From a virus: a stretch of DNA of 43,466 nt. The DNA is taken from IMG/VR virus record IMGVR_UViG_3300045988_091197; one strand, 5' to 3'. Below, piece after piece: positions 33,406 through 40,253 of this stretch (the stretch's first letter is position 1; every line of letters starts with the position of its first letter). Under the pieces are notes generated by a model. That model searched no databases and was not told where the DNA came from. It saw nothing but the letters and a program-made list of their open reading frames with translations. The translations under genes were made by a program, and so were the position numbers.

Positions 33406-33552
33406 ATGAGCGAGCAGGAGAAAAAGGCGGCGAAGGAGCTGCTGGACGACCTGAAGAAGATCCCGGCGGACGGCGCGGATTATATGCGCGGGTATATGCG
33501 GGGCAGGCTGGACGGCATCAAGAACCGCAAGGACAAGGAGGACGAGGAATGA
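33406..33552 (+). CDS. Small acidic/basic hypothetical protein (48 aa)
   Basis: AAGGAGGTG RBS. Coupled by an ATGA overlap to the next gene. Translated by hand. Confidence 0.6.
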   Translation: MSEQEKKAAKELLDDLKKIPADGADYMRGYMRGRLDGIKNRKDKEDEE

Positions 33553-33770
33553 CACTTGACGACATCGAGGCGATGACGGCGGCGACGATAAGCCCGGCGC
33601 AGGCGGCAAGCGTGATCGGCTGCAACGAGCAGGCGCTGCGCATACAGGCGAGGGAGCGCCCCGAATGGTTAGGGTTCCCGGTTATCCGCATCAACAACCA
33701 GATAAAGATACCCCGCGAGGCGTTTTTGAGATACATGGGGCGGGGCGAGAGGGGGACTGAGCGATGCTGA
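33549..33770 (+). CDS. Excisionase-type / MerR-like HTH DNA-binding protein
   Basis: The sequence ISPAQAASVIGCNEQALRIQARE...IKIPREAFLRYM follows the typical Xis-family HTH pattern. Confidence 0.55.
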   Translation: MTLDDIEAMTAATISPAQAASVIGCNEQALRIQARERPEWLGFPVIRINNQIKIPREAFLRYMGRGERGTERC

Positions 33771-33955
33771 GTCCATGCGTCAACTGCGAGGAGCGGGAGG
33801 CGGGCTGCCACGGGAGCTGCGGCGCATACAAGGAATGGCGCGAGCGCTACGACGCAGCAAAGGCCGCGAGGCGCAGGAGCTTCCCCGCGGCGGGGTACTG
33901 CGCACAATGGAAGCGCAAGAGGAAGCAGTACGAGCACCGGCACAGAAGAAAATAA
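33764..33955 (+). CDS. Small Cys-rich basic protein
   Basis: 63 aa with CVNC...GCHGSCG. It overlaps the upstream stop codon. Confidence 0.5.
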   Translation: MLSPCVNCEEREAGCHGSCGAYKEWRERYDAAKAARRRSFPAAGYCAQWKRKRKQYEHRHRRK

Positions 33956-34037
33956 AAAGCCGCCCACGGGCCAGAACCCCGTAAGGCGGTTAGGAAAACA
34001 CATGTCTATATCTTAGCACAGGAAGAAGGAAAATGCA

Positions 34038-34253
34038 ATGGCAAATTGCGAGCTGCGGATGAGCAAATTCGCAAATCTCACTCAAAAATACCCGATGCAC
34101 CGCGACGGGCGCAAGACGCTGTACTTCGTGGTTGAGCATCAGCCGGATCACACCCGCGCCGGGTACGAGGTAGAGAGGGACGGCAAAGCCGTACAGTTCG
34201 TTGACCTCACTGACGCGATCAAGTTCTTTAATGATGGGAGGCGCAGAAAATGA
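34038..34253 (+). CDS. Hypothetical protein (71 aa)
   Basis: ORF with coding-like composition, coupled to the next ORF by an ATGA overlap. Confidence 0.55.
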   Translation: MANCELRMSKFANLTQKYPMHRDGRKTLYFVVEHQPDHTRAGYEVERDGKAVQFVDLTDAIKFFNDGRRRK

Positions 34254-34420
34254 CGCCGACGACGGCAGAGGTCGTTTTATGCGCGGTGCTGGGAATCCCG
34301 CTGGCGCTGGGGCTGCTGTGGGCGCTGTTTGTGGCGGCGCTGGCGGCCTACGACGACTACCGCAAGGACTACAAGCGGAACCGGCTGCACCCTGAGCGCT
34401 ACAACGGCTGGAACTACTGA
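34250..34420 (+). CDS. Small single-TM protein (56 aa)
   Basis: Translated by hand: MTPTTAEVVLCAVLGIPLALGLLWALFVAALAAYDDYRKDYKRNRLHPERYNGWNY. The overlapping ORF-track entry 34201..34395 is off-frame junk. Confidence 0.5.
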   Translation: MTPTTAEVVLCAVLGIPLALGLLWALFVAALAAYDDYRKDYKRNRLHPERYNGWNY

Positions 34421-34432
34421 GGAGGGATAAAC

Positions 34433-34540
34433 GTGTATCAGATACCGGACGACCCTATAATCCGCTGCATGGAGCGGACGGGCTTCCCGCCCTGGATGCA
34501 AGGCGATGACTGCGGCGAGGAGGACGAGGAGGATGAATAA
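34433..34540 (+). CDS. Small acidic protein (35 aa)
   Basis: GAGGAGGG RBS upstream of GTG 34433. Sequence ...YQIPDDPIIRCMERTGFPPWMQGDDCGEEDEEDE. Confidence 0.45.
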   Translation: MYQIPDDPIIRCMERTGFPPWMQGDDCGEEDEEDE

Positions 34541-35087
34541 CCTCATACTCTGGCGAGAGAGCCGCGGACTCAAGCAGACGGAGCTTGCGGCGATGGTAAA
34601 GCCCATCGACGCAAGAATCGACAGCAGCATGATAAGCCGATTTGAGAATGAGATGTGCCTGCCGACACCAAGCGTATCAAAGGCGCTTGCAAGCGCGCTG
34701 AACGTGCCGGAGAGCCTTTTATTCGGCGGGACAGAGCAGCTTTACATCTCCGGCGTAGTCGACGGAGAAGCCCGCGCAGAGCCGGAGAGCATGGACGTGA
34801 CAGACCTGATAGCCCATTTCCGCGAGGCGGGCAAGGGCGCGGCGATAAGCCGCCGGGCGCTGGCGAGCATGATGGACGTATCCGACAGGCATCTGCGGCG
34901 GATCATCGAGGAGGCGCGGAACTGCGGCTACCTCATAATCAACGACAGCGACGGCACGGGGTATTTCCTCGCGGCGTCCAGCGCCGACATTGAGCGGCAC
35001 TTCCGGCAGGAGAACGCGAGGGCGATGAGCATATTAAAGCGGCTCAAGGCCGCAAGGACAAGGCTAAAGGAGGTAGGCGCGATATGA
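34533..35087 (+). CDS. XRE-family HTH protein with an additional C-terminal (winged-helix-like) domain
   Basis: Sequence MNNLILWRESRGLKQTELAAMV...; 184 aa. ATG 34533 overlaps the previous ORF. Confidence 0.65.
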   Translation: MNNLILWRESRGLKQTELAAMVKPIDARIDSSMISRFENEMCLPTPSVSKALASALNVPESLLFGGTEQLYISGVVDGEARAEPESMDVTDLIAHFREAGKGAAISRRALASMMDVSDRHLRRIIEEARNCGYLIINDSDGTGYFLAASSADIERHFRQENARAMSILKRLKAARTRLKEVGAI

Positions 35088-35278
35088 ACGGCGTGGAGAA
35101 ATACTCCGAGGCGACGGTGAGCATCTTTTTTGAGCCGGGGCATGAGGCCTGCGCCTACTGCCCGCTGCTTGAGACCTACGCACGGGCGCAGTGCCGGAAG
35201 ACCGGCGAATACATAGTTGACACAAGATACACAGTCGGGCGTTGGTGCCCGCTGAAATTCAAGGAGGAAAACACATAA
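35084..35278 (+). CDS. Small Cys-containing hypothetical protein
   Basis: 64 aa, ATGA coupling. Confidence 0.55.
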   Translation: MNGVEKYSEATVSIFFEPGHEACAYCPLLETYARAQCRKTGEYIVDTRYTVGRWCPLKFKEENT

Positions 35279-35496
35279 TGGAGAAAAAGACAAACGCCGA
35301 ACTGCTGGGCGACACCGTGATGATCGTCCCCGCGGCGGTGTACACGGACTACGTAGAACGGACGGCACGAGCCGAGACCCTGCTCGACCACATGAACGAG
35401 AAGGTCAGCGACCTGACCATCAAGAACTGGCGGCTGCAGCAGGACTTGGACAACGCGCTGGCGAAGCTGGCGGAGCTTGAGGGGGCGGCAGAATGA
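35278..35496 (+). CDS. Hypothetical coiled-coil protein (72 aa)
   Basis: GGAGGAAAACA RBS upstream of ATG 35278. Confidence 0.55.
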   Translation: MEKKTNAELLGDTVMIVPAAVYTDYVERTARAETLLDHMNEKVSDLTIKNWRLQQDLDNALAKLAELEGAAE

Positions 35497-36164
35497 ACGA
35501 GACGGACAAGCTGAGATTCTACAACGCGACGGCGGAAGTCCCCCGCGAGGCGAAGAAGCCCATCGGCGGCGGCAGACTCAAGGGCATGACGGACATCAAC
35601 CCAATGTGGCGCATCAAGAAGCTGACGGAGGTTTTCGGGCCCTGCGGCTTCGGGTGGTGGTACCGCATCACCGAACAGCAGATAGCCCGCGACGAGCACA
35701 CCAAGCAGGCGGCGGCCTTTGTGAACATCGAGCTTTTCGTGCGGGACCCGGAGAGCGGCGAGGTATCACAGCCTATCCCCGGCACGGGCGGCGCGGCTTT
35801 CCTGGCAGCAGAAAAGAGCGGGATATATCTCGACGATGAGGCTTTCAAAAAGGCGACGACGGACGCAATCAGCGTAGCGGCGAAGGCGCTGGGCGTCGGA
35901 GCGTCCGTGTACTGGGAGCGTGACCCGGGCAAGTACTCTTCAGAGCCCGCCGCACCGAAGGAGAAGCCGAGAGCGCCGGAATACATATGCGAATGCTGCG
36001 GCAGCGTGATAGCGCCGTACAGGGACGGAGCGGGCAAGCCCGTGAATCTGGCCAAGCATGCGGAACGCAGCCTTGAGAAGTACGGCAAGCTGCTGTGCCT
36101 TGACTGCATAGCGCAGGAGGCACGAGTGCAGGAGCTTAATTACGGGCAGGAGCTGCCGTTTTAA
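35493..36164 (+). CDS. Rad52/Sak-like single-strand annealing protein with a C-terminal zinc ribbon and an SSB-like ELPF tail
   Basis: Motifs ...GMTDINPMWRIKKLTEVFGPCGFGW... and ...KKATTDAISVAAKALGVGASVYW. The zinc ribbon is CECCG...CLDC. The gene lies next to ssb. Confidence 0.65.
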   Translation: MNETDKLRFYNATAEVPREAKKPIGGGRLKGMTDINPMWRIKKLTEVFGPCGFGWWYRITEQQIARDEHTKQAAAFVNIELFVRDPESGEVSQPIPGTGGAAFLAAEKSGIYLDDEAFKKATTDAISVAAKALGVGASVYWERDPGKYSSEPAAPKEKPRAPEYICECCGSVIAPYRDGAGKPVNLAKHAERSLEKYGKLLCLDCIAQEARVQELNYGQELPF

Positions 36165-36178
36165 GGAGGAGGAAGAGA

Positions 36179-36562
36179 ATGCTTAATCACATAGTTATAA
36201 TGGGGCGGCTGACCGCTGCCCCGGAGCTGCGATACACACAATCGAACACGCCGGTAGTGTCGTTCACGCTGGCGGTCGACCGCGACTACCAGCAGGGCGG
36301 CAGCGAGAAGCAGACGGACTTTATACCCTGCGTCGCATGGCGCGGCACGGCGGAGTTCGTAAGCAAATACTTCACCAAGGGCAGCATGGCCGCCGTTTCC
36401 GGCCGCCTGCAGCTCCGCGACTGGACGGACAAGGACGGCAACAAGCGCCGCACGGCGGAGGTCGTAGCCGACAGCATCTACTTCGGCGAGAGCAAGAAGC
36501 GCGACGCGAGCCCCGACGTTCCGTTCGAGGAGATACCCGACGATGGCGAGCTTCCGTTTTAA
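36179..36562 (+). CDS. ssb: Single-stranded DNA-binding protein
   Basis: The OB-fold N-terminus is MLNHIVIMGRLTAAPELRYT and the acidic C-terminal tip is ...IPDDGELPF. Confidence 0.9.
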   Translation: MLNHIVIMGRLTAAPELRYTQSNTPVVSFTLAVDRDYQQGGSEKQTDFIPCVAWRGTAEFVSKYFTKGSMAAVSGRLQLRDWTDKDGNKRRTAEVVADSIYFGESKKRDASPDVPFEEIPDDGELPF

Positions 36563-36574
36563 GGAGGCTCCGCC

Positions 36575-37279
36575 ATGCCGAACAGGATAATCAAGGAGAG
36601 CATTCACACGTCTGAGGACGTGAACCGGATGACGGATTTCCAATTTCGGCTTTGGGTGTCGCTGATTACATACGTTGACGACTTCGGCAGAGGGGACGCA
36701 AGGCCGGCAATAATCAAGGGCTCTTGCTTCCCCCTCCGGGACAGGATTACGAACAAGGATATTGAAGCCGCTCTGAGAGCTTTGGCGGGTATAGGCTGCG
36801 TTAGCCTCTACGAAGTAGACGGAAAGCCCTACCTATACTTCCCAACATGGGAGTCGCATCAAACTGTGCGTAACCAAAAGAGCAAATACCCGGCTCCTGC
36901 CGAAGGACAGCAATTGCAAGCAATTGAAAGCAACTGCAAGCAATTGAAAGCGAATGTCCCCGTAATCCAATCCGAATCCGAATCCAATCCGAATCCGAAA
37001 GAAGGGGTACGCGCTGCGCGCTTCACCCCGCCCACCGTCGATGAGGTGCGGGAATACTGCCGAGAGCGCGGAAACACAGTAGACGCAGAGCGCTTTGTGG
37101 ACTTTTACGCCGCTAAAGGCTGGATGGTTGGCAAAAACCGCATGAAGGACTGGAAAGCTGCGGTGAGAACTTGGGAAAAGGAGGACGGCGATGGAAACCG
37201 TAGGAGTCAGCCTCGCGGCGTGGATCGAGAAGAAGCGCAGCGAAGCGACAGCAAATGGGGCATCACTTACGACGCCTGA
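36575..37279 (+). CDS. Replisome organizer / DnaD-like replication initiation protein
   Basis: 234 aa. The N-terminal pattern MPNRIIKESI...FQFRLWVSLITYVDDFGRG matches phage replisome-organizer proteins. The C-terminal sequence ...ERFVDFYAAKGW... is DnaD-like. Iterons are embedded in the linker region. Confidence 0.7.
   Translation: MPNRIIKESIHTSEDVNRMTDFQFRLWVSLITYVDDFGRGDARPAIIKGSCFPLRDRITNKDIEAALRALAGIGCVSLYEVDGKPYLYFPTWESHQTVRNQKSKYPAPAEGQQLQAIESNCKQLKANVPVIQSESESNPNPKEGVRAARFTPPTVDEVREYCRERGNTVDAERFVDFYAAKGWMVGKNRMKDWKAAVRTWEKEDGDGNRRSQPRGVDREEAQRSDSKWGITYDA
36911..36997. repeat. Iteron cluster (candidate origin of replication) inside the replisome-organizer gene
   Basis: Four tandem 10-mers, CAATTGCAAG/CAATTGAAAG/CAACTGCAAG/CAATTGAAAG, occupy 36911-36950. 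Two perfect 17-mers, AATCCAATCCGAATCCG, occupy 36964-36980 and 36981-36997. Confidence 0.6.
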
Positions 37280-37943
37280 ATACCGCTGCCCGCTCTGTCA
37301 TGACAGCGGCCAGATAATTCACCGTGCGCCGGGCAGTTTTGAAATCTCGGTGTCCGAGTGTGAGTGCGCCGTGAAGCGCAGGAACGCCATGCGCATCAGG
37401 CGCAGCGGTCTTGCGGACGTCTTGAGCCGGTATACCTTCGCCGCCTTCAAAACGCCTGATAAAAAAACTGCGGCCATAAAGGCTGCGGCGCTGCGGTATG
37501 TCGCCGAGTCACGCAGCGAGTGGTTCGTGGTCGTCGGTCGCCCCGGCAGCGGCAAAACCCATATCTGCACCGCCATCGTCGGCAAGCTCATGGAATCCGG
37601 CAAGGACTGCCGCTATATGCTCTGGCGCGATGAAGTCCGTGAGCTGAAAGCTCTTGTGAATAACGCCGCCGCCTATCGTGAGCGCATGAACCTGCTGAAG
37701 AACGTCGACGTCCTGTATATCGACGATTTTCTCAAGGGCAGGTCGGTGTCCGACGGTGACCTGAATGTCGCCTTCGAGCTGCTGAACGCACGCTATAATG
37801 CGCGGAAACGCACGATTATCAGCGGCGAACGCACGATAGGTGCGATCATGGACATTGACGAGGCGATAGGCTCAAGGATCTATGAACGCTCGAAAAACGG
37901 GTACTGCTTCGAGACGTCGCCGGAGAACTGGAGGCTGACATGA
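37191..37943 (+). CDS. DnaC/IstB-like AAA+ helicase loader
   Basis: Walker A GRPGSGKTH, Walker B VLYIDDF and an N-terminal CPLC zinc motif. AAGGAGG RBS. The gene overlaps the organizer gene by 89 nt. Confidence 0.8.
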   Translation: METVGVSLAAWIEKKRSEATANGASLTTPEYRCPLCHDSGQIIHRAPGSFEISVSECECAVKRRNAMRIRRSGLADVLSRYTFAAFKTPDKKTAAIKAAALRYVAESRSEWFVVVGRPGSGKTHICTAIVGKLMESGKDCRYMLWRDEVRELKALVNNAAAYRERMNLLKNVDVLYIDDFLKGRSVSDGDLNVAFELLNARYNARKRTIISGERTIGAIMDIDEAIGSRIYERSKNGYCFETSPENWRLT

Positions 37944-38440
37944 GAATTGACAGCGCCAAGATGCAGGGCGGCGAGCTCGTGCTGACGGCCTCCGTGCCGG
38001 ACGCGAGGCGGTTTGTGTACGGCTTCAAGCCGGGGGAATATGACATCTCCCCCGCCAAGAAGAAACGCAGCCTCAACGCCAATGCATACGCGTGGCGGCT
38101 CATCAACGACATAGCGCTTGCCGTACGCGAGACGCCGGAGACGGTGTACCGCGAGGCGCTGAAGAACGTGCCGAACATCTGCGAGGTACTTTGCGTACAG
38201 GACAAGGCCGTTGACAGCATGGAGCGGCTTTGGACACGCGACCACATAGGGCGGCGTGTTGAGCGCGAGCCAAGCAGGATCAAGGGCTGCACAAACCTGT
38301 ATATCTACTACGGCAGCTCGGATTTTGACACCCGCCAGATGGCCATGCTGATAGACGGCCTCATACAGGATGCGCGGGCGCTGGGCATCGAGACGCGGCC
38401 GGAGGAGGAAATCAGATCGTTGCTGGAGGAGTGGAAATGA
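37940..38440 (+). CDS. NinB/Orf-like recombination mediator
   Basis: The motifs KKRSLNANAYAWRLINDIA and ...GSSDFDTRQMAMLIDGLIQDARALGIE parallel the lambda NinB motifs RSLDQNRKLWACLGDVS and STSRMRVGEFAELLELIQAFG, as recalled from memory. Confidence 0.5.
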   Translation: MRIDSAKMQGGELVLTASVPDARRFVYGFKPGEYDISPAKKKRSLNANAYAWRLINDIALAVRETPETVYREALKNVPNICEVLCVQDKAVDSMERLWTRDHIGRRVEREPSRIKGCTNLYIYYGSSDFDTRQMAMLIDGLIQDARALGIETRPEEEIRSLLEEWK

Positions 38441-38754
38441 AGAACGAATACGGCGTTACCCTCGACCGCAACGGCTATGCACCGTCGATCGTGCAGGACA
38501 TCGCGGGCTGCTACTACTGCGCAACGCAGTGCGGCAAGCTCGACCGGCACGAGGTGTTTCACGGCGCGTTCCGCAAAAAATCAAAGGCGCTGGGGCTCTG
38601 GGTGCTGCTCTGCCACGACTGCCACATGACGCTGCACCACAAGGACGCCGCGCTTGATGCGCTGCTCAAACGTCAGGGGCAACGCGTGGCAATGCGGCAC
38701 TACGGCTGGAGCGAGGACGAGTTCCGGGCGCGGTTTGGGAAAAATTACATTTAA
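38437..38754 (+). CDS. HNH/Zn-finger nuclease-like protein (possible Rap/NinG-type resolvase)
   Basis: The sequence CYYCATQCGKLDRHEVFHGAFRKKS...LCHDCHMTLH...FGKNYI follows a pattern common in Gram-positive phages. ATGA coupling to the upstream gene. Confidence 0.5.
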   Translation: MKNEYGVTLDRNGYAPSIVQDIAGCYYCATQCGKLDRHEVFHGAFRKKSKALGLWVLLCHDCHMTLHHKDAALDALLKRQGQRVAMRHYGWSEDEFRARFGKNYI

Positions 38755-38765
38755 GGAGAACACAT

Positions 38766-39440
38766 ATGAACGAAAAAATAGTTACCAGTCAAGCCGAGCT
38801 TGACGCGATACCCGTAGATTACAGCGGCAGAATCATCATAAAGTTCGGCACCCCGGCCAAGCGTGCAGTCGTGAACAAAAAGTATCTGCTCCCCGTCGAG
38901 GCGTATGACAACAGCTCCGTCTGTGCGTATGGCAACAGCTCCGTCTGTGCGTATGGCAACAGCCAAGTTGTAGACGCACATAGACGAGGCAACATAAAGG
39001 CCTCCGGAAATGCCCGCATAGTGTATAACCCCGACAATATCACCGATTGGGCGTCGGCAAACGGTATCACCATAACCGACGGTAAAATCAGACTGTATAA
39101 GGCCGTACATAAACGCGATGGCAAATACGTTGCCGATTGGGATAACAATTTCACATACACCATCGGCGCGGTCGCCGAGGCAAATGGGTTTACCACCGAC
39201 CCCGTGGAAGATTGCGGGCAGGGAATACACATGGCAACGCTGGGGTGGTCTGCTGCGTATGGGCGAGGCTGGGGCGATATAGCGCTGCTTGAGCTTGAGA
39301 CCGACGCAGACGAGATAGTCGTGCCGCTGTACGAAACCGGCAAAGTCCGCGCCCCGAAAGCGCTGGTTATCCGCGAGGTACCGCTGGAAGAGGCGGGCAT
39401 TATGGGCAAGATTCTGGCGAAGAGGAGGACGAATGGATAA
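38766..39440 (+). CDS. Hypothetical protein with an internal 8-aa tandem repeat (SSVCAYGN)
   Basis: AAGGAG RBS; 224 aa. A 24-bp tandem repeat lies in the coding sequence. Confidence 0.7.
   Translation: MNEKIVTSQAELDAIPVDYSGRIIIKFGTPAKRAVVNKKYLLPVEAYDNSSVCAYGNSSVCAYGNSQVVDAHRRGNIKASGNARIVYNPDNITDWASANGITITDGKIRLYKAVHKRDGKYVADWDNNFTYTIGAVAEANGFTTDPVEDCGQGIHMATLGWSAAYGRGWGDIALLELETDADEIVVPLYETGKVRAPKALVIREVPLEEAGIMGKILAKRRTNG
38901..38964. repeat. 24-bp tandem repeat, about 2.6 copies, in frame
   Basis: gcgtatgAcaacagctccgtctgt / gcgtatgGcaacagctccgtctgt / gcgtatggcaacagcc. Confidence 0.9.
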
Positions 39441-39453
39441 AGAACATACAGCG

Positions 39454-39567
39454 ATGGAGCGGCTGCGCCTCGCGTCGGACATGTCGCTGCGCCTGTATAA
39501 GCAGCCGCTTATGAAGCCCAGAGCCGTAAAGCCTACAAGGAAACAAAAACAAGGGGATAACGCATGA
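39454..39567 (+). CDS. Possible 37-aa ORF (MERLRLASDMSLRLYKQPLMKPRAVKPTRKQKQGDNA), perhaps a gene remnant
   Basis: Translated by hand. Its stop codon overlaps ATG 39564. No clear RBS. Confidence 0.25.
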   Translation: MERLRLASDMSLRLYKQPLMKPRAVKPTRKQKQGDNA

Positions 39568-40253
39568 TACATGTTGGCGACATAACAAAGCTTAACGGCG
39601 CAAAGCTTGAGCCTGTCTGGTGCATCACAGGCGGCTCACCGTGCCAGGATTTATCCATCGCCGGGAAACGCGCCGGTTTGGCGGGAGCGCGAAGCGGCCT
39701 GCTTATGGAGCAGGTGCGCATCGTAAAAGAAATGAGGGAGGCGGACAAAAGGAATGGACGGACAGGTGACATGGTTAGACCTCGGTATCTCGTGTGGGAA
39801 AACGTGGTCGGAGCCTTTAGCAGCAACAAAGGAAAAGACTTCGCAGCCGTGCTCGAAGAGATCATCAAAATCGTCGAACCGGAAGCCCCCGGTATTGAAG
39901 TGCCTGAAAAGGGCTGGCCTACCTGGGGAGGGTATCACGATGAAGTGGGAGGACGATGGAGCGTGGTGTGGCGAACTCACGACGCGCAATACTGGGGAGT
40001 GCCCCAACGCCGTCGTCGTATCTCGGTTGTCGCAGATTTTGGAGGAGACACCGCATCCGAAATACAATTTGACCGCAAAAGCATGTCAGGGGATATTACG
40101 GCGAGCGGAGCGTCGGGGGAAGGATCTGCCGAAGCTGCTGAAGCAGGTTTTAATCCAGCAGTCGCAAGGAGCCTCACCGCAAGAGCGGACGGAAGCCCCT
40201 GCGCCGACAGAGACCCCAACATCGTATGCAGTCCGCATCAGGGGGGGCTGTGA
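39564..40253 (+). CDS. C5-cytosine DNA methyltransferase, part A (motifs IV, VI and VIII only)
   Basis: GGSPCQ has its PCQ at 39639-47. ENV is at 39798-39806 and QRRRR at 40005-40019. No FxGxG motif I is present. The gene stops at 40251 immediately after a G7 run. Confidence 0.75.
   Translation: MIHVGDITKLNGAKLEPVWCITGGSPCQDLSIAGKRAGLAGARSGLLMEQVRIVKEMREADKRNGRTGDMVRPRYLVWENVVGAFSSNKGKDFAAVLEEIIKIVEPEAPGIEVPEKGWPTWGGYHDEVGGRWSVVWRTHDAQYWGVPQRRRRISVVADFGGDTASEIQFDRKSMSGDITASGASGEGSAEAAEAGFNPAVARSLTARADGSPCADRDPNIVCSPHQGGL

Noticed and set aside
33104-33409. ORFs in the 32.9-33.4 kb gap: 33104..33409 (+), 32859..33107 (+), 32768..33100 (-), 32827..33036 (-) and 33256..33609 (-).
   Set aside because: None has an RBS. 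Their products are Arg/Ser/Pro/Leu-rich junk. The region is better explained by RNA or DNA structure.
36911-36997. A CRISPR array or other spacer-repeat structure; 38901-38964 was also checked.
   Set aside because: The units are 10-24 bp and directly tandem, with no unique spacers. They lie in frame inside coding sequences. No cas genes are present.
39454-39567. The idea that the 37-aa ORF (…SLRLYKQPLM…) is the truncated N-terminus of a PAPS-reductase-like gene destroyed when the methyltransferase locus rearranged.
   Set aside because: The resemblance rests on about 10 residues recalled from memory. The diagnostic SGGKDS motif is absent. It is kept only as a low-confidence ORF.
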